Below are positions 1 to 8,249 of a DNA stretch of 10,598 nt, piece after piece. A model generated the notes under the pieces. It did not search any database, was not told the origin of the DNA, and saw only the letters and a program-made list of their open reading frames with translations. Within the stretch, counting starts at the first letter, position 1; every line of letters begins with the position of its first letter. Made by a program: the position numbers and the translations under genes. The stretch lies in NCBI GenBank assembly GCA_043754515.1, contig JAYUUO010000185.1, forward strand, positions 1 through 10,598. Direction: 5' to 3'. Origin of the DNA: Armatimonadota bacterium (GTDB lineage: Bacteria; Armatimonadota; Armatimonadia; Armatimonadales; Armatimonadaceae).

Positions 1-29
1 ATGGTCGCGCGTCGCCGACCCTGATCTTA

Positions 30-745
30 TCAGTCGAAGTTCACCGTCGTGCGCCGCAGGCGTTCTACTTCGGCGTCACTCAGGCGGCGGAACGGGGGCG
101 AGGCGAGCAGTCCGTGCGATTCTTCGTGGGAGCGGGCAATGAAGTAGCTCAGGGTATCGGTGTCCGGTGTCAGTATTATCTCCTCCAAAGGGGTGTCCAG
201 TAGCCGCTCCCGGTGCCGTGCGACCATTCGCGCGATTGGGGTCGTCTCGGGAAGATACTCCCGTCTATAATACTCCTTGAAGAGATATTCGGCGGCACCA
301 GTCCCGTTTCCCGTAACGAGAGTAGCCCCGTCCTTCCTATATGTCCGGAGCGCAACCCCCCATCCTAATTTGGACGTGGCACCGACGGTGATACGGTAAA
401 CGCCAACCTGCGCGGATGTCGTGCGATCGTCACTGACAAAGTAGCAGGTGTATCGCGCGATCGAACCGATCTGTTGATCCCCATACTTCGGAACCCGAAC
501 CCCTGCATCGAACGCGTTTTTTCCGTGAACTCTTCTTGTATGGATGACGGTAAGTTCTCGATTTCTAGCGGATGCCAGTGACCATCCATGACATAACCGA
601 CTACCGGAGTAGACCGCCGACCGATTATCTTTCGGAAAGCAAGTTGCAGACGAGACCGGAGCGGCTTCCTGAGCTGTTTCCCGAAGATGGTCCGGAATGG
701 TAGCAACGCTAAGTCAATCCCGTAGTAGGCGGTGTTCTCGGTCAT
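30..745 (-). pseudogene. Hypothetical protein (~238 aa if repaired) interrupted by one frameshift; genuine pseudogene or sequencing indel
   Basis: The frame of ORF 30..227 stays open upstream to ~714 without a start codon. From ~490 it reads like protein (YGDQQIGSIARYTCYFVSDDRTTSAQVGVYRITVGATSKLGWGVALRTYRKDGATLVTGNG...). It overlaps ORF 365..745, whose tail after GFGF looks out of frame. The total length of 716 nt is one base short of a multiple of 3. Confidence 0.65.
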
Positions 746-826
746 AGTTTAAGCGGCAGATGGGGTGACACATCAAGACCCTACGGCACGTCCCCGCTGG
801 CGTCCGCAGGGCAGCTGACACGCGGT

Positions 827-2185
827 TCAGCGGCGCAACAGCCCAATAGACCCCTCGCCCGCCGTCATTTCCGACAGCGCGGCGGGGTCTTTCAGGCGGC
901 GCAACGTCTGCTTTAGCTCGTCTACCTGCGCCAGCGCGGCGTCGGCGAAGCGGCCATCCAGCACCGTGATCCCCTCCTGCGCAAGCGTCAAAGCCCCCGC
1001 CGTCAACGCTTCTTTTAAGAAGGCGGGCGTGAACCCATCCGACTTTTCGGCGATCTTCTGCGACAGGGCGGCAACATCAAGGTCGGGCGACAGCCGCTCG
1101 GCGAGCTGGGTGCGCGTCAGCACGCGGCGGCAGAACTCGGCGCGTTCACTCGCGGCGGGCAGTCCGATGTGGAAAACGCGGTCGAAGCGCGACGGACGTT
1201 TCAGGAACGCCTCGTCTATCTTCTGCGGGTGGTTTGAGGACGCGACAAGCAGGATGCCCTCGTTCGAGGCGAACCCGTCCAGCTCGTTCAGAAACACCGT
1301 GCGATTGTCCGGCGTGATCAACGTATCCATATCTTCGAGCGCGAGCAGGCACGGGGCGAGTTTGCGGGCGCGTTTGAAGATCGCCTGAATCGCCTCCTTG
1401 CGGTCGTCCTCGCGCAGGTCACGCACATACAAGAACGGCAGGTCGGGGAGCGCGGACGCGGCGGCTTTGCAGATCATTGTCTTGCCGGTGCCGGGCGGGC
1501 CGACAAGCAAAATCCCGCGCCGCCAGGCGAACCCGAACGCGTCGTACGTTTCCCGCGACTTCGCCCAGCCTTCTACCGCGTCCTTGATTCGCCCCAGCAA
1601 CACGTCCGGCAATACTAGATCGCCCCACGTGATCTTGCCCATTTCGGCGTCCATGTCGAGCGCGGACTCCCAGCCCTCGGTGTAGCGCAGGCATCGCCCG
1701 ATCGGTCCATCGGTCGCCTTGATCAGCGCGTCGCAGAACGCATGTACCTTGCCCGGTTCCGCGCCGACCACCAGCGTGTCACCATTCAGGTCGTAGTCTG
1801 GCGTCAGGATCACCTCGAACGCGTCGCCCTGCCACTCCACCGCGTACCAGCCTATGTAGGACCAGTACGTCTCCCGCTCGTTCACGGATTCGTACTCACT
1901 GGAGCCAGTGAGGCAGGGGCGGAAATTCTCGCACTCGGCGCGGAGCCAGCGCAACAGGTGTAACCGCTCGGGATACACTGAAAGCACGGCATAGCCGGGC
2001 AGCCGCTCGCGAACGATGCGGCGCAACAGCCGCTCGGACTGCCCGCGCCGCGCCTCCACGGTGAGGGCGTCGTTCATGGCGGTCTCGCGCCAATCCTGCG
2101 CGGGGTTCAAGGACGTCTGGGAGATGGCGTCGCCTACCTCCTCGGATTCTTCGGTTTCATCGGTTCGGTTCGAGAGTATGCTCAT
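827..2185 (-). CDS. AAA+ ATPase, single AAA domain with an uncharacterised N-terminal region (BCS1-like Walker B variant)
   Basis: Walker A GPPGTGKT (~1478-1501), Walker B LLALEDMD (~1325-1348), sensor-1 VASSN, second region of homology DEAFLKRPSRFDR. Start is uncertain: ATG 2185, ATG 2077 or GTG 2227. Confidence 0.92.
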   Translation of the reverse strand: MSILSNRTDETEESEEVGDAISQTSLNPAQDWRETAMNDALTVEARRGQSERLLRRIVRERLPGYAVLSVYPERLHLLRWLRAECENFRPCLTGSSEYESVNERETYWSYIGWYAVEWQGDAFEVILTPDYDLNGDTLVVGAEPGKVHAFCDALIKATDGPIGRCLRYTEGWESALDMDAEMGKITWGDLVLPDVLLGRIKDAVEGWAKSRETYDAFGFAWRRGILLVGPPGTGKTMICKAAASALPDLPFLYVRDLREDDRKEAIQAIFKRARKLAPCLLALEDMDTLITPDNRTVFLNELDGFASNEGILLVASSNHPQKIDEAFLKRPSRFDRVFHIGLPAASERAEFCRRVLTRTQLAERLSPDLDVAALSQKIAEKSDGFTPAFLKEALTAGALTLAQEGITVLDGRFADAALAQVDELKQTLRRLKDPAALSEMTAGEGSIGLLRR

Positions 2186-2263
2186 TTGTAGCAGATATGA
2201 TACCGGATAGCGCGGCATTCGTCCCACCGGTCGGACGCCACCCTTTGCCGCGTCCCCGCACCG

Positions 2264-3118
2264 CTAGTTGAGAAACGCAACCCGCCCCGACAGCACCTCG
2301 CCGCTCATGACCACCCGGTGCCAGTCCGGGAGCAGGATCGTGGCGTGGTCCGGGTGCCGAATCTTGCCCTTCGCGTACACGGACATGTTGCGCCGCATGA
2401 CGCGCCGCGACCAGGAACGCGCTCGCGGGTCGTGCGCGATCAGCTTCTGGTACTGCGCCCCGGTAATGCCCTGCGACCGTTGCGGGCAGACATAAATCTC
2501 CTCGCCCCCCGACCGGTATGGGAACTCGACGAAGTGCGGCTTGCCGGTGTTGCTACGCCGTATCGCCTCGTTCCGCGGGATCATGTCGGTTCGGGGTCGG
2601 AACCACGCGTCTTCCGGCACGAAAAACCATTCGCCCTGCCGCTGAAACGCGGGGTTCTTGCGGCGGTTCCACAGGCGCGCGAAGACACCCATTCGGTGCT
2701 GTAGTCGCGCGATGCCCGCCGGTTTCAGGCTTTCCATCACCTCATTAACGCCCGTCGGCGCGTCCTGCCCGTTCTTCACGGCGGCGACGAACCAATGGCG
2801 TTCATCGTGCCCGCACAGGAAGCGGCTCCGTTCTTTGGCGTCGGGGACGCCGTCCAGCGGGCGCGCCATCAGGAGCAGGTGCCGCATTTTCGGCCGAACG
2901 TCCAGCACCGCGAAACAAATATCGGGATACACCTGGGGGCGAACCCGCGACACATAGGCATCCTCGCGGTTGCCCCGGTCGCCCTCATTGGCATCGAGTG
3001 TGAACGGTTCCATAATGCGGCCACGCGAGCGCGGGGCGTCCTCGGCCCGTTCGATTTGGAGCCTCGCGCCGATCCGTTCAAAATGGCGGGCGAGATGCGT
3101 TTCCTCTAAAGTGTCCAT
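2264..3118 (-). CDS. Conserved hypothetical protein with FLCGHDERHWF, RQGEWFF, GKPH and RHPDH motifs (RQGD/E-type His-rich family)
   Basis: 284-aa ORF from ATG 3118, preceded by an SD-like GAAGGGG. The motif set matches my recollection of an uncharacterised family common in Planctomycetota and other soil bacteria. Confidence 0.8.
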   Translation of the reverse strand: MDTLEETHLARHFERIGARLQIERAEDAPRSRGRIMEPFTLDANEGDRGNREDAYVSRVRPQVYPDICFAVLDVRPKMRHLLLMARPLDGVPDAKERSRFLCGHDERHWFVAAVKNGQDAPTGVNEVMESLKPAGIARLQHRMGVFARLWNRRKNPAFQRQGEWFFVPEDAWFRPRTDMIPRNEAIRRSNTGKPHFVEFPYRSGGEEIYVCPQRSQGITGAQYQKLIAHDPRARSWSRRVMRRNMSVYAKGKIRHPDHATILLPDWHRVVMSGEVLSGRVAFLN

Positions 3119-3191
3119 GATTTCCAAAACCCCTTCGTTGTATAGTAATAGTAGCGACACGACCGGTTACGGAAAACCGGCCGCCGAGTTC

Positions 3192-3220
3192 ATTATCACC
3201 TTGGAACGGGGAATTGCTAA
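3192..3220 (-). promoter_or_regulatory. Putative sigma70-type promoter for the RQGE gene (and possibly the AAA ATPase gene)
   Basis: On the minus strand, TTAGCA (3220-3215), a 17-nt spacer and GATAAT (3197-3192) lie in the ~200-bp gap upstream of ATG 3118. A small hairpin CCGGTT-N6-AACCGG (3163-3180) would fall in the leader. Confidence 0.4.
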
Positions 3221-3320
3221 AAGGAATCCGGTGCGCGAGGCCAACCGACTCAGGCGGTTCGAGGAGCGGGAGCCGAGAGTCGGACGTGCGGCTAACGCTT
3301 CACTGGTGGTCGGCGGAAGT

Positions 3321-4022
3321 TCATAGTCCGATGTCGCCGTCCCCCGGCAGACCGTACACCGCCGCGCTCGCGTGCGTGATGTTCGCCCACCGCTGGTTCC
3401 CGTACTCGAAATGCCACCACTCGCCGGGGTAGTTGGCGAAGCCCGCGTTCGTCATCGCATGCCATAACAGGCGGCGGTTGCTCATGAACGGCTCCTCGGG
3501 CCGGATCTCATAGAAGCGTGTGACCGATTCGGGCGCGACATCGTCGGGTTCGGTGCCCATCGGGAGTTCTTCGCCGGAATCCGTGTCCACGAGGTAAACA
3601 TCCACCGCGCCACCCGTCCGGTGCGGCGGGGGGCGGAGCGGGTCGGCGACCGGCGCGGCGACGAACTCGCGTACCTTGCGCTCCGCCTGCGCGAGCGTTA
3701 ACTGCGGCTCCTCGCGGCGGATCTCGGCCAGGCAGTCGTCCCACAGCCACTTTTGCACGGCGAGCGGGCGGTAACCGTCGAACACCACCAGCGACACCGA
3801 TGGCGGTAGCGAGGCGACCACCGCTTCGAGCCGCGCCAGCACTCCCGCGCGCACCGTCACCGTCGGCGACGCGCCGGGTATCTCCTGCTCGAAGTAGAGG
3901 GAGCGGCCCCGCAACCATCCGTCCGTCGGCACGGCAACCAGCGGCTCGCCATTGTCACTAATCGTTAATCGTCCCCAGTCCGGTGCTTCACGGACGACGG
4001 GAATCGGGGCGTAGTCAGTCAA
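3321..4022 (-). CDS. ddpX: D-alanyl-D-alanine dipeptidase, peptidase M15D (VanX/DdpX family)
   Basis: Motifs FDGYRP, PPHRTGGAVDV (Zn ligands H and D), LPMGT and NYPGEWWHFEYG (catalytic E, Zn-ligand H). TTG 4022 lies 10 nt after GAGGAG; alternative TTG at 4031. Overlaps the mscS stop. Confidence 0.9.
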   Translation of the reverse strand: MTDYAPIPVVREAPDWGRLTISDNGEPLVAVPTDGWLRGRSLYFEQEIPGASPTVTVRAGVLARLEAVVASLPPSVSLVVFDGYRPLAVQKWLWDDCLAEIRREEPQLTLAQAERKVREFVAAPVADPLRPPPHRTGGAVDVYLVDTDSGEELPMGTEPDDVAPESVTRFYEIRPEEPFMSNRRLLWHAMTNAGFANYPGEWWHFEYGNQRWANITHASAAVYGLPGDGDIGL

Positions 4023-5100
4023 TCTTTTCAATCTCCTCGGTGGTCGGTATCAGGCGAACGGTCTGCACCGGGTACGGGATCCGTATGCCCTCGGCCTGAT
4101 ACCGTTTCTGTAGCTGTTTGATGAACTCGTGCCGCACCAGGAACTGCGCGCCGAACTCGGACGCGTGCAACACGGCGTTGAACGTGATCGCCGACTCGCG
4201 CGAGTCGAAGTTCGCGTAGCGCACGAGCGGTTCCCAGCCGGGCACGCCGCCGGGGACGGTTCGCATCACATCGCGGGCGACCTCGACGGTCACGCGCTCT
4301 ACCAGATCGAGGTCCGAGCCGAACGAGACCCCGAGTGGCACTAGCACCACGATTTCCGGGTTGGGCTGGTAATAATTCGAGATAATGGTGGTCGCGATCT
4401 TGCTGTTCGGCACCACCGACGTCACCTTCGTGAGAGCCTCTATCGTCGTAATACGCCACGTTATATCGCGCACGTAGCCCTCTTCGCCGGACGACAACTT
4501 GACGTAATCGCCGGGGCGCACGTGGTTCGTGGCGAGAATCTGAAAGCCCGCGAACAGGTTCGAGAGCGTGTCCTGGAGTGCCAGCGCGACGGCGAGGCCA
4601 CCGACGCCGAGCGCAGTCAGGATCGGCGTGATCGCGACGCCGAGCGATTGCAGGGTGAGCAACACGCCGACAATAATCACCGTTAGCTTGATGATGTTGT
4701 CGAAGATCGTCGCCGCGTGACCGCTGCCCGATTTCTCGGCGGTATAGCGGGTCGCGCTGACCGCCAGCCGCGACACGACCACGGTGACCGAGATCGCCGC
4801 GACCGCGAAAAGGGCGTTCCCGAGCCACAGGATAGAGACGGCTGGAAGCGTCGTCGGCAGATGGGTCAGGGCGAGATATGCGCCTACGAGTCCGCACCAG
4901 AGCAGGGGGAACCGGCCCACGGCCCGCAGGAACGCCGCGTCGCCGCGCCACGGGGTCGCCGCCGCGAGCCGACGCAGAAGCGGCATCAGAAACCGCAAGA
5001 CGAGAGAGCCGACGAACAGCCCGCCGAAGAAGTAGGCGATGGGTACCAGCCAGCTAACCGCCGTGTGGTAGTGAATCAGTAGGGAGGAGAAATCAGGCAT
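4015..5100 (-). CDS. mscS: Small-conductance mechanosensitive channel, MscS family
   Basis: Several N-terminal hydrophobic helices, TM3 signature LTALGVGGLAVALALQDTLSNLFAG, then VRPGDYV, EGYVRDITWRITTI, VPNS and C-terminal GIRIPYP. Confidence 0.95.
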   Translation of the reverse strand: MPDFSSLLIHYHTAVSWLVPIAYFFGGLFVGSLVLRFLMPLLRRLAAATPWRGDAAFLRAVGRFPLLWCGLVGAYLALTHLPTTLPAVSILWLGNALFAVAAISVTVVVSRLAVSATRYTAEKSGSGHAATIFDNIIKLTVIIVGVLLTLQSLGVAITPILTALGVGGLAVALALQDTLSNLFAGFQILATNHVRPGDYVKLSSGEEGYVRDITWRITTIEALTKVTSVVPNSKIATTIISNYYQPNPEIVVLVPLGVSFGSDLDLVERVTVEVARDVMRTVPGGVPGWEPLVRYANFDSRESAITFNAVLHASEFGAQFLVRHEFIKQLQKRYQAEGIRIPYPVQTVRLIPTTEEIEKID

Positions 5101-5164
5101 CCGCGCGTTGTGATACCCGAATACGGTTAGTTTCGTGATCCATTCACTCCGGCTCCCGGATTAT

Positions 5165-5192
5165 TTAACACAACCTTAACATTCTCTTAACC
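5165..5192 (+). promoter_or_regulatory. Three direct repeats TTAAC(A/C) at an 11-bp period; PhoB/PhoP/OmpR-family binding-site-like
   Basis: TTAACA 5165-5170, TTAACA 5176-5181 and TTAACC 5187-5192 in the AT-rich divergent intergenic region; possible -10 TATTGT at 5213-5218. Confidence 0.65.
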
Positions 5193-5226
5193 CGCAAACC
5201 TGTCACGGGCGGTATTGTCTCCTGTC

Positions 5227-8155
5227 ATGCCGTCATCGCGCCCGATCTTCGTTGCTAGCATCGCAACCCGACTCGCCCGGCACCCCCGCCGTCCCCGTCC
5301 CGCGTTATGCGCCCTCCCCACCCTGATCATCGGCGCGGGGCTACTCGGCCTCCCGAACGCAAGCCATGCGCAGGATTCGCCGCCCGTCCCCGCCGGTGCC
5401 GCGCGACTGGCCGCGCCGCTTAAAGGCACACGTACGAAACTGCCGTCAGTAATGAGCGCGGTTCGCGCGCTACCCGACTTCGGCGTCCGACCCCGCGAGG
5501 TCGTGATCCTCGTTGATCCCGACCACCTTTTCTACCCCCTCAATCCCGCCGACATGACGGCCCTTGCGACCCCTTCCGGCGACTCTGGTTCCGACACGGG
5601 CAATGACGGCTCGCTGGACGCCATCGCGGAGCGGCGGTCTCTTATCGCGCAGCGTTACGGCGCGGTCTGGACCATCGCCCCGGCGACGCAGGTCCACCTC
5701 AACACGAATACAGACGCCCTCGGATTCGCCCCCGCCACGTTGCCGCTCGACGACGGCTTGAAATTGGTACTCGGCACGCTCACCGAATCCCAACTGAAAC
5801 GGCTCGGCGCGGCGGACGGCCTGCCCCTCTCCGACCTTTCCGACGAACAGCGGCAGGCACTCTTCTCGTCTCTGCCGCACCCGCTCCCGATCCTCGCCGA
5901 GTCCCCCGCCGATATTGACCCCCGCCTACCCAAACGTGCCGCCGAAGACGCCAACCCTGTTTTCGTCCCCGAAGAGCAACTCCTGCGCGGCGCGGTGCTA
6001 CGGGCGAATTTGGCGACCGAGTTCTTCTTCAGCAGCCCGAACGGCGAGGAGGGCGACATATTTACTCCGATGCGCCCCACCGAGACGAAGCGGCTCTTCG
6101 AGATTGACACCCGCATCCTGCGGCAGACGGCAAGCCCGCTCAGATCGTCGCTCCGCGCCATCACGCCGAACACCCTGAAGCGCGGGCAACTCGCCTGGAG
6201 CCGCGACGGGATGGCGACGCCGATACCGGTCGCGGGGGTCAAAACGATGGGCGATCTGGTTACCCGAATCGCGAGTGCCACCCGTCTCGAACTGTTCTGT
6301 GACCCGCACTACGCCGCCAAATCGGTGACGATACTGGGCGGCGAGAATGCGGCGGTGCCCGCGCGTGACCTGCTCCGGGCGGTGTGCCTCGCCCAGACGG
6401 CGACGTTCCGCGCGGTCGGCCCCGCCTTCGCGCTGACCGAGGATTTGGAGGGCGTCGGTGCCCGTCGCAGTCTGCTGCGCGACTTCACGCAGGGCTACGG
6501 ACACCGGCTCATGGACCGGGTCCAGGCAATGGACAGCCACCTGAACGCGCTCCACTGGACCGACAAGCTCTCGTTCGCGCTGGGCGACCCCGGCGCGCTA
6601 CCCGCGCCGCTCCGCGAGCACGTCGCGGGCATGAGCGGTGGCATGAACATGATGATGATGCCGCTCGGATCGTTCCCATCCGAAATGCAGGCGCGGCTCA
6701 AGGCGGCACTCGCGGCGCAAGTTTCTCTGCCCCCCGCCGACCCGACGGTGCCGGAAGAGTTCGACAAGAAGCAGATCATGCGTTCGTTGAGCGACAAGTC
6801 CGACGTCGAGATCAAGCTCGGGTTGCGGCTCTCGCTCGACGTGCCGTCCGTACCATACGGCTGAAGGGCGAGTACGCGCGGGCGTATCTAAGCGACGTGC
6901 TACTCGTCCATGCGAGCGACGGTAGCGAGCCGATGGACGTGGATGCCGACAGCGACAAAGATAAGAAGCCGACGAAGTTGCCCGCGCCCGCCCCGATGGT
7001 CGCGCCGACCAGGGTGCTCTGCGCGGCGGACACGCCCGCCGGGGCGCGGCTCGCGGTGGACCGGGTGGCCGCGCTCGGCATGAAGCGCGTCTACCTGACC
7101 GTGCCGCTGGGCGCCGCGCCCGCGCCGCCCGCCGTTGACCCGCGAGATCATATCGCCGCCGCCGCGCTCGCGGAGGGCAAAACGAAAGGTGTCGCCGTCT
7201 ACGCCGTCGTGAACCTGCTGGCGCGGGATCGGCGCATTGACCGCGCGAAAAGCAGTCTCGCGCCCGACCTCGCGATAACGGGCGAGACCGCGACCGAAGG
7301 CGCATCGCGCAGGGCTACACGGGCACCGATGACCTGCGCGACGTGGCGATTCGTGATTACGTGAACACGGGTGACGGCGCGGTAATGGCCGGGCTGATTG
7401 CCGCGGTTAGAACGCTTACGACGCAGCCCGGCTGGGCGGGGATCGTATTCCAGAACGCCAGCACCGTGGGCTACCACGCGACCCAGTTCTTCGACCGGAG
7501 CTACGAGGCACCGCTCGGTTACACCCCTGATGAGCGGTTGTGCTTCCTGCGCGAAACACACGCCGACCCCATTGACGTCCCTTACGACACGGCGAACCTG
7601 ACCGGGATGCGCTTCGGCGTCTCGCAGGCGGTCGAGATTGACCTGTCGCTCCCGAACTGGGATCAGGGCGGTACCGGATTGGACGCGCGACTCGCGGCGC
7701 GCTGGAAGAGCCAGATCGCGGGCAACGACCGCCGCCTGATAGCGGCCCTGCGCGACGCGATTCATGACGCAAGCCCGACGCTCCCTGTCTGGTTCCGACA
7801 GCGCGACTATGAACCAGCCCTGATAGCGCTCGACAAGCCCGAGGTCCTGCGCACGATGCTCGACCCGGTTTCGCTCCCGCCTTCCGCGCCCGTTATTGAT
7901 AGCGGCGCGGGCGAGACGGTGTGGGTATACCCGTTCTCGCGGTTCGCCGACGAGCCGTTCGCAGACGCCTACGCCGGGTTCCGCGAAAGCGTTGGCCTGT
8001 CCCCCAAAGCCAGCGCGGTGCTGGATCTGACCGGGGAGGCCACGGGAGACCGGCGCGTGTCGCGGGACCGCGTTCTGGCAAATCGTTTGACGACCATTGA
8101 GCAGGGGCTACGTAAACGCCCCGCGCCCGCGAAGAAAGCCGTCGCCGGTAACTAG
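5227..8155 (+). CDS. Large secreted protein (~976 aa if repaired): signal peptide, STN/secretin-N-like domains, C-terminal GHL10/DUF187-like TIM barrel; split by two frameshifts (~6850 and ~7312)
   Basis: ORFs 5215..6864, 6384..7364 (protein-like only after ~6850) and 7343..8155 (open from ~7241) overlap, each shifted by -1. Signal peptide LIIGAGLLGLPNASHA|QD. STN-like segment TMGDLVTRIASATRLELFCDP...VPARDLLRAV. GHL10-like pattern GMKRVY...KGVAVYAVV...PGWAGIVFQ...LGYTPDERLCF...DPIDV...W. Confidence 0.7.
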
Positions 8156-8235
8156 CAACGGGCTAAACGGGGGGCTCCTAAAGAAGAGGGTTAGTCACAT
8201 ATCATCTCATCGATCTAACGCCTTAAAAATAAGGC

Positions 8236-8242
8236 AAGGAGG
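8236..8242 (+). promoter_or_regulatory. Shine-Dalgarno sequence
   Basis: AAGGAGG, 7 nt upstream of ATG 8250. Confidence 0.85.
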
Positions 8243-8249
8243 AATCGTT

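Noticed and set aside
2211..2255. GGCAAA...GGGACG on the minus strand recalls a c-di-GMP-I riboswitch
   Set aside because: No GNRA tetraloop, no GCAAA after GGGAC and no P2 receptor stem; kept only as a generic structure.
3215..3260. GCTAAAAGGAATCCGGTG resembles the start of a cobalamin riboswitch core
   Set aside because: The following AAxTCCGG...CTGxCCC...ACTGT elements and B12 box are absent, and it is on the strand opposite the flanking genes.
3321..4022. vanX as evidence of glycopeptide resistance
   Set aside because: No vanH/vanA/vanRS in the window; stand-alone M15D peptidases are widespread.
4028..4951. Long alternative-frame and antisense ORFs (e.g. 307 aa at 4028..4951, 208 aa at 5655..6281, 235 aa at 6598..7305)
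   Set aside because: Arg/Pro/Ala-rich shadow ORFs expected in high-GC coding DNA; they overlap well-supported genes and have no motifs.
6631..6660. Met-rich stretch MSGGMNMMMM with (ATG)4
   Set aside because: In-frame short triplet repeat that cannot phase-vary the reading frame; too short to argue for a metal-binding function.
6384..6849. N-terminal half of the 326-aa ORF 6384..7364
   Set aside because: Out-of-frame shadow of the upstream ORF; only the part after ~6850 is protein-like.
8097..8249. 51-aa N-terminal extension of the 414-aa ORF
   Set aside because: The strong SD and signal peptide indicate the true start is ATG 8250.
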